Below, one piece after another: positions 1 to 12,399 of a DNA stretch of 64,000 nucleotides. The DNA is from Octopus sinensis. Its lineage: Eukaryota. Under the pieces are notes generated by a model that worked only from the letters and a program-made list of their open reading frames with translations, made no database searches and had not been told where the DNA came from. Each line of letters opens with the position of its first letter. Within the stretch, counting starts at the first letter, position 1. The stretch lies in contig NC_042998.1 of assembly GCF_006345805.1 (NCBI RefSeq), positions 177,382,001 to 177,446,000 on the forward strand, given 5' to 3'. The translations under genes were made by a program, and so were the position numbers.

Positions 1-148
1 TTACATGAGCAGCAATCTTCGAAGCATGGAGATATGAAAGGGAAAACAACAGACTTCAGTAGGATATGAATAGTCTATTTCTTCCTTTTTATAGTATACT
101 TCTTTTAAATTACATCTAAAAATTAACCTAAAGTCTACGCTTGTACCT

Positions 149-372
149 ATCTGTATATGTTTACTAAGTAAATCACTTAGTACCCTTAACCATATTGAAA
201 ACAACAGCTGTCACTTGCAAGCATGATTTGATAGCATGTGCTATTGTTTTAAGTGTCTTTGTAGTTAAAACAATGGCACATGCTATCAAATCATACTTGC
301 TTGCAAGTGACAACTGTAGTTTTCAATTTGGTTAAGAACACTAAGTGATTTACTTAGTATACATATACAGAT
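149..372. repeat. Fold-back (palindromic) element with ~104-bp arms and a 12-nt loop
   Basis: 149-252 is the reverse complement of 265-372, with 8 substitutions and one 4-nt indel. Confidence 0.9.
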
Positions 373-816
373 ATGTAGTTATAAGCAGACACATACAGCC
401 TCTCAGACCCACCCATCTTTAACCCAGCAGAACATGAAAGATGGCACAGCTAGGAGACAGGGCTACGCCCGTACTAAGCTTATATTCATTTTCAGCTGAG
501 TGTAATGAAGTATCTTACTCAAGGATTACAACATGCCACCCAGGAACTGAATCACTGATCAAATGGTAGATAATCCAACAACCCAACCATTAGGCCACAT
601 GCATTCACATTCTGGCAGATTTGTTTAGTTGGATTGCTTCTATTTTATCAAAATATCCAGTGTCGTAAATTTATACAGAGTTTATACATAGTGAGACTGA
701 TTCGCAGAATATATTTATTGGCAATTTTTTTCTATCTACTTCTCTTCACTAAAACACTATCAACTCAACAACTAACATCAGTCTTGCCATATAAAAAAGT
801 TACTCAAGTCATACTA

Positions 817-1030
817 AGGGCCAGTTTCCTGGTTTCATAGCACATAGACTCTCCAACTGGATGGGACACCAGTCCATCGCAGGATTACTCATTTTTGCCA
901 GCTGAGTGGACAGGAACAACATGAAATGAAGTGTTTTGCTCAAGAACACAGCATGTTGCCCAGTCCAGGAAATGAAACTACAATCTTGCAATCATGAGTC
1001 CAACACCCTAACCACTAAGCCACGTGCCTC
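817..1030 (-). mobile_element. tRNA-derived SINE, family C (older relatives near 400-600 and 38150-38270)
   Basis: Minus strand starts gaggcacgtggcttagtggttagggtgttggac (A box), has a degenerate B box, then a gcgatggactggtgtcccatccag body. Confidence 0.7.
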
Positions 1031-1732
1031 TACTGTCTTGTCATAGGTGTAACATCTCCACAGATATTCACTCAACAATGTCTATACTCAGGAAGAAATA
1101 TCATCAACAGCTGCTGGCCTGAAATTTCAACTTGCAACCATTGATATTTTAAAGGGCAATGAGAATTTGGCTGCTCTAGCTATCACTGACTGTGGATCTC
1201 AGCTCAAACTGCTGTTGCTAAGATTTGAGAGTTTGGGTATCATAGATTTAACATAGATATTTCCACACTTGCATGGATGAAAATGAAATTCCTTGAGGCA
1301 GATTTTCTACTGCTGGATGATTTTCTTGTCACCAACACTCACCTATTTCCAAGCAAAGTTTTCCTAACCCATTGAACATAAAACAGCACAAAGGCCAGAA
1401 ATATTTTTCATGCAAGACTGCAAACAACACCACTGGTGGTGATGTTTGTTTACAATTAGTGCACAAAGAGAAAGAGAGAGAGACACACACACACAGATTA
1501 TATATATACACACACATACACACACACACATGTGGCTCTATGGTAAAGAAACTTTCTTCCCAACCACATGGTTTCAGGTTCAATCTCACTGGAGTTATAG
1601 TAGAAGATACTTGCAAGTGTTCCTTATTACAATCCCAAACAAACCAAAGTTTTGTGAATGGATCTGGTGGAGAGAAATTGAAAAAAGTTCATTGTGTGTG
1701 TGTGTGTGTAATTATATATGCCATTGTGTTTG

Positions 1733-1763
<31 letters not shown>

Positions 1764-1816
1764 CTGCTACTAATGAAGCTGTAAGTTGTAACCAAACTAG
1801 TAGAGCAACAACTGAC

Positions 1817-2006
1817 CTGCATACACAAACTTTGTCCAAGGTTTGGAGGAGCAGCAGCACTAAAATAAATCACTGGTGGACGTGAGTACAAGGCCTCAAA
1901 ACCCTCCGTACTGTATTTAGGATATTTCTGATGTAAAGCCAATTTACAAGCCTTCACTAAGCCATCATATTCTTCCTTGTGATAGTAAGCAGAAGCATCA
2001 GGAAAT
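1817..2006 (-). CDS. PDXDC1: PDXDC1 internal exon (190 nt, phase 2 to 0): (K)FPDASAYYHKEEYDGLVKACKLALHQKYPKYSTEGFEALYSRPPVIYFSAAAPPNLGQSLCMQ
   Basis: Acceptor tttctag|A and donor CAG|gtcagt. The peptide matches the recalled vertebrate PDXDC1 segment AYFHEEEREGLAKICRLAIHSRY...PVIYLSAAARPGLGQYLCNQ. Phase joins the 6531-6686 exon. Confidence 0.93.
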
Positions 2007-2080
2007 CTAGAAATAAATTTTTAAAAAACCTGTAAAGATATTTTACACACACACAAAATACATACAAATACATGCAACCT

Positions 2081-2310
2081 ATTTCTTTACTACCCACAAA
2101 GGGCTAAACACAGAGGGGACAAACAAGGACAGACTAACGGATTAAATCGATTATATCGACCCCAGTGAGTAACTGGTACTTATTTAATCGACCCCGAAAG
2201 GATGAAAGGCAAAGTTGACCTTGCGGAATTTGAACTCAGAACATAACGGCAGACGAAATTCGGCTACGCATTTCGCCCGGCGTGCTAACGTTTCTGCCAG
2301 CTTGCTGCCT
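2081..2310 (-). mobile_element. tRNA-derived SINE, family B
   Basis: Head aggcagcaagctggcagaaacgttagc, B box gagttcaaattcc, central gcctttcatcctttcggggtcgat..aataagtaccag. Multiple copies in the window. Confidence 0.85.
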
Positions 2311-2689
2311 GCATAATGATAGTGGTACATTATATTTAAACATATTCATGCGCGCACACACACACACACACACAAAAAAAAAATTTACATATTTCTTTTA
2401 TTTGAAGTTATGGCTCTTCAACATCACTACGAATTTTACATTTCTGTCAAAAGCAAAAACTCAAGGGTAACAAATGAGAGAACTGCAGTTTCAAATAAAT
2501 GAATAAAGTCTACGATATATATTGAATATTTTTCAGTCAGTTGTAAATTCAGGCATATATCATCTTCATGGTCATTTTACATTCATTTTTCCATGCTTGA
2601 ATGGGTAACATAGATCTTCTCCAGTAGACTGATAATAATAACAAAGGCAGGATTCTCACTGAGAACTGAACCTTCATTATCGCCTACAT

Positions 2690-5315
2690 GACTTGAGGTA
2701 TTTCGTGTTGCAAGACAGTGTGTGAGAGAGAATCGTGATGTGGTAGGAGAGAAGTGTGTTCGCATGGATGATGGTTCACTTGCGCTAAATGAGGATGCAA
2801 AGAGAGAGGTTTGGAGATGCCACTATGAAAGTTTGCTGAATAAAGAAAATGAATGGGATAAAGAGAGTCTGCCAAATGTTGACCCAACAGAGGGACCAGC
2901 TATCCGAGTTGATAGTTCCGTAGTAGCTAAGGCAGTTAGAAGCATGAAGACAGGGAAAGCCCCAGGCCCATCAGGAATTACTGCAGAGATGCTCAAAATA
3001 TGGCAGTGTCGGCTACAACCTAGTCACCCGTATAGTCAACCAGGTGATACACGAAGGAGTCATACCAATGACTGGTGTAGCAGCATACTAGTCAACTGCT
3101 ACAAAGGTAAAGGTGATGCCCTGGATACAAATAATTACAGAGGTATCAAGCTGTTGGATCAGGTAATGAAGGTTATGGAGAGGGTCTTAGCCCAACTAAT
3201 TAGAGAGAGAGTTAGTTTAGATGAGATGCAGTTTGGGTTGTCCAGGGAAAAGCACCACTGATGCTATATTCCTGGTAAGGCAGCTGCAGGAGAAATACCT
3301 AGCCAAGGATAAGCCCCTGTACCTGGCTTTTGTTGACATGGAGAAAGCCTTGATAGGGTCCCCCGATCCCTCATCTGGTGGTCAATGAGGAAACTAGGGA
3401 TAGATGAATGGCTGGTGAGGGCTGTGCAAGCCATGTACAGAGATGCCGTAAGTAAGGTTAGAGTTGGCAACATGTACACAGAAGAATTCAAAGTAGAGGT
3501 TGGGGTCCACCAGGGTTCAGTACTCAGCCCCCTCCTATTTATCATAGTCCTCCAGGCAATAACGGAGGAATTCAAGACCGGTTGCCCCTGGGAGCTCCTC
3601 TATGCTGACGACCTCGCTCTAATCGCTGAGTCACTATCAGAACTGGAGAGAGAAGTTCCAGGTGTGGAAGGAGGGTTTAGAATCGAGGGGCCTTAGAGTC
3701 AACCTAGCTAAAACCAAAGTACTAATAAGTAGAAAGGTAGAAAACCCACAAATATCATCAGGAAGATGGCCCTGCTCGATCTGTAGAAAAGGTGTAGGTA
3801 GAAACTCTATAAGATGTACCCAGTGTAAGCTATGGACACATAAGAGTGTGCAGCAATGTCAAAGGTAGGCTAACTGGGAAGATAGTTTTTGTATGTGGCA
3901 GGTGCTCTGGAGCACTGACCTCCGAAAATCTGCAGAAAACAACTTCTGTCACTTTCCGGGGGGAAAAACTAGAAGTAGTTGATAGTTTCCGCTATCTAGG
4001 TGACCAAGTCAGTAGTGGGGGTGGGTGCGCTGAAAGTGTAACTGCTAGAATAAGAATAGCCTGGGCAAAGTTTAGGGAGCTCTTACCTCTGCTGGTGACT
4101 AAAGGCCTCTCGCTCAGAGTAAAAGGCAGACTGTATGATGCATGTGTACGAACAGCTATGCTACATGGCAGTGAAACATGGGCCGTGACTGCTGAGGACA
4201 TGCGTAAGCTCGTGAGGAACGAAGCCAGTATGCTCCGATGGATGTGTAATGTCAGTGTACTTACTCGACAGAGCGTTAGTACCTTGAGAGAAATGTTGTA
4301 CCTAAGAAGCATCAGTTGTTGTGTGCAAGAGAGACGATTGCGCTGGTATGGTCATGTGGCGAGAATGGATGAAGAGAGGTGTGTGAGAAAGTGCCAATCC
4401 CTAGCAGTTGAGGGAACCCGTGGAAGAGGTAGACCCAGGAAAACCTGGGACGAGGTGGTGAAGCACGACCTTCGGACGTTAGGTCTCACCATGGAAATGA
4501 CTAGAGACCGAGACCTATGGAAGTATGCTGTGCGTGAGAAGACCCGGCAAGACTAGTGAAGCCATAATCCGTGGCCCCTACCTGGGACGTAGTCAGTCCA
4601 CCTGTGCATACCTTCCTTCTTGTGACACTTGTGAAGACCTGTTGAGGCAAGTGAGAATAGAATCGAATCGTATCAAATCAAATCGAACCAAATCAAAATA
4701 GATGAACATCAATGGAATTTGTATCCTTGTGGTACCAGTGCCGGTGGCACATAAGAAAACCATCCGAACGTGACCGTAGCCAGTACCGCAATGACTGGCC
4801 TCCGTGCTGAGGGCACGTAACAAACACCATCCGAGCGTGGCCGTCCGCCAGCCTCGTCTAGCACCTGTGTCGGTGACACATAAGAAAACACCATCCGAGC
4901 GTGGCCGTCTGCCAGCCTCGTCTGGCACCTGTGTCGGTGGCACATAAAAAACACCATCCGAGCGTGGCCGTCTGCCAGCCTCGTCTGGCACCTGTGTCGG
5001 TGGCACATAAAAAACACCATCCGAGCGTGGCCGTCTGCCAGCCTCGTCTGGCACCTGTGTCGGTGGCACATAAAAAACACCATCCGAGCGTGGCCGTCTG
5101 CCAGCCTCGTCTGGCACCTGTGTCGGTGGCACATAAAATCACCCACTACACTCTCGGAGTGGTTGGCGTTAGGAAGGGCATCCAGCTGTAGAAACACTGC
5201 CACATCTGACTGGCCTGGTGCAGCCTTCGGGCTTCCCAGACCCCAGTTGAACCGTCCAACCCATGCTAGCATGGAAAGCGGACGTTAAACGATGATGATG
5301 ATGATGATGATGATG
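2690..5315 (+). mobile_element. RTE-clade LINE, 5'-truncated and frameshifted (RT with PHD finger, repeat-containing 3'UTR, (ATG)n tail)
   Basis: ORF pieces 2722-3261, 3385-3696, 3662-3868 and 3846-4556 carry RT motifs (YRGIKLL, GVHQGSVLSPLLF, YADD, FRYLG, HGSETW, RRLRWYGHV, GRPRKTW). No endonuclease domain is present. Confidence 0.95.
4862..5135 (+). repeat. 63-bp tandem minisatellite in the RTE 3'UTR
   Basis: Units start at 4862, 4926, 4989, 5052 and 5115 (partial). The three units spanning 4926-5114 are identical. Confidence 0.95.
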
Positions 5316-5377
5316 CACTTTAAAATCTTTGCAGACAGTCCCTATAAATTATTTGCACAGCTTTCACATGTCATTAA

Positions 5378-5593
5378 TCCTTTAGTATTCAGATTACTGT
5401 CAAATATAATGCTTATTTATTCAATTGCTTTGTATAAATCATGCATTATCTCATAGCTTTGATATTTTGATGATGTGATTGTTTTATTTTTAATGACATT
5501 GTAGGATAGGTGTAAGATGCCAGATTTAGCCAGTTTGAACAAAAAACAGATAGAATATCTTGGCTGGATATGGCCAGTTTAAAAGCTAAAGAG
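5378..5593 (-). mobile_element. TTAA-flanked MITE (piggyBac-type), degenerate copy
   Basis: Homologous to 15158-15377 and 19368-19589, with TTAA on both sides. Confidence 0.75.
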
Positions 5594-5891
5594 TTAATCC
5601 ACACACTGTTTTCTTAGCAGCCACCAGAATATAGAGTGTGGTACCATGTCAGATAACTTTAGGTCAACAAATAGGCTATGTAGAGTGACTTGCTCTCACT
5701 AAGAAATTACTTATTTGAATCACAAGAAAGAGTACCCCAATATTTTAGCTAAATTTTCTTTCAAATCATTTGTTCTATAATTCTTTCTGCTACTTTCATT
5801 ACCTGGTCCATCAATTTGATGCCTCTATAATTGTTTCTCTCTGGTGCATCTCTTCTGCCCTTGTAGCAACTGATGATGATATTACAATACC

Positions 5892-6105
5892 TATTTCATT
5901 ACTACCCACAAGGGGCTAAACAGAGAGGACAAACAAGGACAGACAAATGGATTAAGTCGATTATAACTGGTACTTATTTAATCGACCCAGAAAGGATGAA
6001 AGGCAAAGTCAACCTTGGCGGAATTTGAACTCAGAATGTAACGGCAGACGAAATACCGCTAAGCATTTCGCCCAGTGTGCTAACGTTTGTACCAGCTCGC
6101 TGCCT
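5892..6105 (-). mobile_element. SINE family B with an 18-bp target-site duplication
   Basis: TGATGATATTACAATACC at 5874-5891 and 6113-6130 brackets the SINE. Confidence 0.88.
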
Positions 6106-6530
6106 TTTATGTTGATGATATTACAATACCATTCACTGAAAATTACCTCTTCCTATACTACCCTATAGACTGTATAAGTGACTAAAACATGTCCAACTTT
6201 GTCCTACTACCCACCTCCTTCTCAACACATGTTACTTTGTAATTCTTTGAATTTATGTCCAGCCAAATTATCTTTCTGCTCCCATACCTTCCTCTTCCAA
6301 ATGTTCATGCATCTCTTGGGTCCATCTAGCTCTTTCTTTGATGTCACTAGTCATTAGTCTACATTAAGTGATACCTTCTACACTAGTAAAAGATTTACAC
6401 AATCTATTAAAATTAATTTGTTCAAATTTTCTGGGTTTTTTCTTTCACCATTCATCTGGTTAAATTTCATTTTATTTCATTTGCAATTATTTTGTCTGAA
6501 AGAAAAAAGAACAAATAAAACTTTACATAC

Positions 6531-6686
6531 TTGAATAAGCGGGTCAGCATAAACTGGCAGTCACATAAAATCTTGGAGGAGATGCTTTTGATATGACTTT
6601 CACTTAAGGTTGATACATAAGCAGCCAGACAATGACCAATCAATGAGGCATGACTAATGGCATCCAATGTAGGTAGGTTGGAGGAC
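6531..6686 (-). CDS. PDXDC1: PDXDC1 internal exon (156 nt, phase 2 to 2): SSNLPTLDAISHASLIGHCLAAYVSTLSESHIKSISSKILCDCQFMLTRLF(K)
   Basis: Acceptor tttccttag|G and donor CAA|gtatgt. Matches recalled GHMALLGHSLGAYISTLDKEKLRKLTTRILSDTTLWLCRIFR. Confidence 0.93.
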
Positions 6687-9126
6687 CTAAGGAAATAGAA
6701 AGAGAATAATAGATGACCATTGTTAGGAAATTCAGTGTTCAATATTAACTTCAAAATATATTTTAAACTTAAGCTATTGAGTTTTACTTTTGTTTCAATC
6801 AATTTTGAAAATAATGAAAAATTTAGTAGACTTTGTTAAACTGGTGTTTTGGAACATAAATTATATGTAACTTTGATTTTAACTTAGATCAATTAAAACA
6901 AGAAGTTTATATTGTAGAACCAGGAGTGGTTTCAAGAGTACTGATAAAAAATAGGGGTTAAAGCAGTATACAAAAGTAAAATTCAAAAGTTCAACCTAGG
7001 AAAGTTTGTTTAAACAGCATTTACAGAACATGTTCTGAAACTGGAAGGCTACAACATATATCTCTGATTTTATGAAGTAGGCCTCATTTTTATGAGTCAT
7101 GTCAGAATCGGTATAAAACATGACAAAATACCAAATGATATTTATTTACATCTCTTTACATTTTGCTTCAAATCCTATACAGGTCAACTCTGGCTCGTAT
7201 CCTTTTGAAATTAACAAAATAACTACCATCCAAGTACTGGAAGGGAGTTTGATATAAGCAACTATACCCTTGAAATGAGTATGAAAACCTAGTCAGTCTA
7301 ATAATTGGAATTAGCAAAAGAACATGCTCACAGCATATTTAGGCTTACTATACAACAAAAGATTGAAGTCCAAATTGAGACAAAAGGTAAGATGGCCATA
7401 GAGCAATATTGTTTCACAAGAAACATCATTTGTCAGATGCTATATAACCAGTCATATGGTCTATCTAGTGGTATACTGCCACTACTAAAGAATAAGTGGT
7501 GAGTAATAGGCACTGGTACAGTGACCAAAATTAACTATGAAAGATACTGTACTAGTTAAGGTCAGAGACGGTGATAGACGATAAAAATGTACATTGTTTC
7601 TAAAATAATATAAAATTTCCACTCTACTAAATTCTTGTCATATTTTCTTTGTTCTAAACCATGTTTGGATAGGTTCATTCTCAAAATTAATTTAAAGTCC
7701 ATTTACTTCACACACACACACAAATCTTGTAGTATGCTATGCAAAGCTCATCCATGGTTACTGACTACCAAATGTCATCATACAGTGGGAATGCTCTTGT
7801 TACTGGATATACATCAGGGATTTCACAGTATCCATACAGACAAAACTAAACCCAGAGATATAGTGACAGACAAAATCTACTATAATAATAATACTCGTGC
7901 TTTTCTCTGTTACAACATATGAAAGAGAAAAGAAGGGGTGATAGCAAACTGGTGGGTTGGTGAACATTCAACGTTGAAAAAAGAATGAAACAGCGTTTCA
8001 ACTCTGTATGAGGATATGTATGCATGTGTGTGCATGTACAAGGGAAGTATGTGAATGTATGTGAACATTGACAAGTGTATTAATTTGATTTACTATCCAC
8101 ATTTATATATAAAATACTACAATTAGCCATCATTTTTGACGGCACAGACCAGCTGGTACAATTATAAAGAAACAGACAAAAATGTGTCTTTGTGATCAGA
8201 TTATAAGGAAGAAGAAAATTAAGTATAAAGGGATAACAACATGATTAAGTGATGGAGGCTGACCGTTTCTGTGCTTGAAGTGGATCTGAAGTACTACCTT
8301 CCTGTTACAAAACATTTGACTCCATTCTATAATAGCTTCTATATAAAATTAATTTAAGACCATCCAGCTTTTTCTTTATCCATTTTTGAAACAATTAGTA
8401 AAATAAGTTAGGAGGTAAACTCTCCCCTGCTTACATAATTATTCTTCCATATACTTACAAACAAAGTAGTATATATAATTTCACATATATATATATACAC
8501 ATACATATATATTTGCACATGCAAACATATATGCTTCTTACATACATTCTTACTATTTTTATCAATATCAATAATATTGAACTTAAAGTCTAATCCATAT
8601 ACAAAGTGGCATGTATACACACACACACATATTTATATATGCTCATATACTTCTTACAAACATACTATCATTAAAACAGAAATACAATATAATAAAGTCA
8701 AATAAAAATAAAATATACACGCATACATAAAATGAAATATACCCACATATATCTATTTATATATCCACACAAATATTATATTTATATCAGTTGTTATACT
8801 TATGGTATGTTGCATATGATAATTTCATCATATTTCTAATTAAAGATCTTGTGGTACTTATTAGAATTAGGAAAGTGCCCAAGATGCAATTACAAAGTAA
8901 ACTTCTTACCACTCACATACATACACAACATTGTTTAGTATGTGCTTGTTTGATTTAGCTCATGATTGTATAGTGTATCAACTAGTTTAATAATGACTGG
9001 GTTTTTACTAACTTTATATTTAACCTTAAACAGCACTGGATGTTGATGAAGAGAGGTTAAAAAAAAATGGGGGAGAACTATCCACACAATGCATTCAAAA
9101 TATATTCAATTTCTTCTTAAGAGTTA

Positions 9127-10300
9127 CAGGATGTTTATGCTAAATTTGATGATTTTTTTTATGTCTCCTTCATTTAGTACTAGCAGTATTGCCCAGCATT
9201 GCTTGGGTTTGTTTCGACCCTTTAGAATTGGAATTTTTGAAAAGTAAAACTTTTGCATTATGCAGCTTGTTATTCTCTTTAAGTGAACACTTTTCTGGTT
9301 GAAATACACCGGAAAATGGCAACACAGCAGTCAAAAAAAATCGTAAAAAATTGGGAATTTTCATAGTAAAAAAGCATCTTTTTGATGTAAATAATTTTGG
9401 ATCTTAACATGGTCTGATTTGAATTTTATCTTCTACGGAATGAAGAGCAAGCATTCTTCTGTCATACTCTCAATTTTGGCCAACTTGCGCCGCAGGGTTT
9501 CCTTGGAGATAGTGTTAGTTGAAGGCTACCAAACCTGCCATACACAGACAACTTCAGCTTTATATATATAGATTGGTGAGCAGTCAATGATGTTTGAGAA
9601 CATAAAATTTAAAGTTGTAGTAGACAAAAAGTTAGCTGATATGGAGGACTGGAAACCATTTGAATATTGCAAAAGAGTCGCCTGTATCGGGATAATTTGA
9701 GCTTGGTGTCAAAATACAGACATCATGACAGCTGTTCAATGCTCTGTGAACATAGTAAAGGCTGTAAGATGTAACATGGATAGCTGCAACAGAAACCATG
9801 AAGCCATGACCTGCAGGAAAGAACACAGCAAGTATTATGGCAGCATCTGCACACCAGAATTCATCTAACAACTGCAAGACAAGGTGATGGAAGATCCAAG
9901 AAAGGGAACTTGAACTTTGGCGAGAGAGATAGGTGTTGGAGTCAACAGCATGAAGCTGGGTTTGAATTAAGATCCTTACTACCACTATTACAAGAGAGGA
10001 AAGAAACAAATTCTGACAGCCAAGGAGAACCACTTGATAAATGCAAAGAAGCTTCTAAATATGTTCAGGCATCCTGTTAAGTCAGATGATCTGGTGCTTC
10101 TCAAATCAAAGGACTTCTGTCTGAACCAAGAACACTAAGAACACTAAAAACAATAGGTGGATTGCCTACAATCCATGTGATATCCCACATATCATGGAAA
10201 CCAAATTCCCCCAAACTATAATGGTCTTTAGGTGAGTCTCCAGTGAAGGTTACACCATGCCACCCCACATCTTTGACATCTCAATGACATGGTACTTCAT
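9127..10300 (+). mobile_element. Decayed Tc1/mariner (maT-like) element interrupted by a Helitron
   Basis: Starts TA|CAGGATG. Colinear with 28527-29757 on both sides of the 9180-9572 insertion. Confidence 0.75.
9180..9572 (-). mobile_element. Non-autonomous Helitron
   Basis: Minus strand reads A|TCTATATATATAAAG...CCCAAGCAATGCTGGG (subterminal hairpin)...CTAG|T. The A/T target has no TSD. Confidence 0.8.
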
Positions 10301-10677
10301 GACTAAAGGTCACTATTTTAAAAACTGGTTTTTTAATGAGGCTCAGTAAATCCTTACCATTATTCCTTGACTTAGCAAAAATTGTTCTATAAAGTGTTAG
10401 GATCACATATTTACTACAGTAAATACTTCATAACCAATAAAAGTCCACTTATGTTGGTCATACTAATTCAACTGTCCATTTATTTTATATCACATTCTGT
10501 GAACCATAATATACTAGATTACAGACACCTAATGAATCAATCACTAATTCACAAAGAATTATTTGTGTAGAACAAATATCATACAGAGTACTTCTATTTT
10601 AAAGTTGTAAATTTTTAGTTTTCTCACTAATGTTTACATTTTTCATGTATGTATACACTAACACATACAATAGGATT

Positions 10678-11055
10678 GGTGCAGGAGGGGCTGTGTGGTA
10701 AGTAGCTTGCTTACCAAGCACATGGTTCCAGGTTCAGTCCCACTATGTGGCACCTTGGGCAAGTGTCTTCTACTATAGCTTCAGGTCGATCAAAGCCTTG
10801 TGAGTGGATCTGGTAGACAGAAACTGAAAGAAGCCCATCGTATGTGAGTGTGTGTGTCTGTGTTTGTCCCCCCACCATCGTTTGACAACTGATGTTGGTG
10901 TGTTTACATGCCCATAACTTAGTGGTTCGGCAAAAGAGACCGATAGGATAAGTACTAGGCTTACAAAGAATAAGTTCTGGGGTAGATTTGTTCAACTAAA
11001 GGTGGTGCTCCAGCATGGCCACAGTCAAGTGACTGAAACAAATAAAAGAATAAAA
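10678..11055 (+). mobile_element. tRNA-derived CORE-like SINE, family A
   Basis: A box tggctgtgtgg-like, B box ggttcagtccc, CORE-like accttgggcaagtgtc, internal microsatellite, 3' hairpin cagtcaagtgactg and an A-rich tail. Confidence 0.88.
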
Positions 11056-11235
11056 CTTCACTCACACAGTATTGATGAACCTGAGTCCATGTTAAAAGAT
11101 GTTTGCCCAAGGTACCACATAGGACAGAACCACATAAATGAGAAGGAAACATCTTACATACACATACATACCTACATCCTTGGTTCCTAGCTAGTTATTT
11201 TCTCCATTACATTCCTCAGTTTTATTTATGTACAT

Positions 11236-11654
11236 ACTCTTTACTCTTTTACTTGTTTCAGTCATTTGACTGCGGCCATGCTGGAGCACCGCCTTTGGTC
11301 GAGCAAATCGACCCCGGGAATTATTCTTTGTAAGCCCAGTACTTATTCTATCGGTCTCTTTTGCCGAACCGCTAAGTGACGGGGACGTAAACACACCAGC
11401 ACCGGTTGTCAAGCAATGCTAGAGGGACAAATACAGACACACAAACATATACACACAAATACATATATATATATATATATATACATATATACGACAGGCT
11501 TCTTTCAGTTTCTGTCTACCAAATCCACTCACAAGGCATTGGTCGGCCCGGGGCTATAGCAGAAGACACTTGCCCAAGATGCCACGCAGTGGGACTGAAC
11601 CCGGAACCATGTGGTTGGTTAGCAAGCTACTTACCACACAGCCACTCCTGCACC
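11236..11654 (-). mobile_element. SINE family A, full length, inverted relative to 10678-11055
   Basis: Same sequence features on the minus strand, with internal (TA)n. Confidence 0.9.
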
Positions 11655-12399
11655 TATGGAATATTATTTTTGATACTTGAAAGTAAATACGTTTTCTCAG
11701 TCATTTAGAGTAGTATGCATTCCACAATATCAACATTTCATTGATAAGGAATTTGATTAAAAAAACAACAACCAATGAAAAGGGTAAACAGGAAAAAAAC
11801 AAGTGAGATACCATTCCATTCTGCTGCTAATATATCTGAACAGCCACTGTTGCCAAACTAGATTATTTGATAAGTTTCCTATGAAGGGAAGAGATGACTG
11901 TAACAAGATTTAACCATCAACCTACATTTGGTAAATGTTCAGTTAGAGTGGTGCTTCACCTTGTGTTATGATCTCTATTTTCTATTTTACCCTTTTACAA
12001 TATCAATTCAGAGTAAGTGTTGCCCATTGCACAGTACAATACCAGTAACCACATACATGGTTACAATTGTTCAAAAGGTTAATATTATTTTCACTTGGTC
12101 ATAATGTCTCATCAATAAAATCAGGATCAATAGGTGTTTGATTTAGAAGCCCATTTTACAACCACATGGTTTCAGGTTCAGTCCCAGAGTGTTGTACCTT
12201 GGGCAAGTACCTTGAATGAATTTAGTAAATGCGGGTTCAGTCCCACTGCGTGGCACTTTGGGTAGGTGTCTTCCACTATAGCCCCGAGCAGACCGGAGCT
12301 TTGTGATTGAATTCAGTAGGTGGAAGTTACTGCCATGTGTGTATGTGTGCGTATAGCTGCTCAGTGCCTCTCCGAAAGAGAGAGAGAGGGGGAAAATGT

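Noticed and set aside
1-204. Next PDXDC1 exon
   Set aside because: No frame resembles the expected LGLP...VPCNT segment, so that exon probably lies before position 1.
1329-1957. Cluster of overlapping ORFs around the CA/CT microsatellites
   Set aside because: These are low-complexity artefacts. Only the 1817-2006 exon is supported.
4735-5140. CRISPR array (conserved box with spacers)
   Set aside because: The spacers are related or identical to each other, the array is part of a LINE 3'UTR, the context is eukaryotic and there are no cas genes.
4593-5272. Repetitive ORFs (179, 187, 94 and 96 aa)
   Set aside because: They are translations of the 63-bp minisatellite, which is open because its length is a multiple of 3.
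10678-10760. tRNA genes
   Set aside because: The A/B boxes belong to SINE heads, and no complete cloverleaf with an acceptor stem was found.
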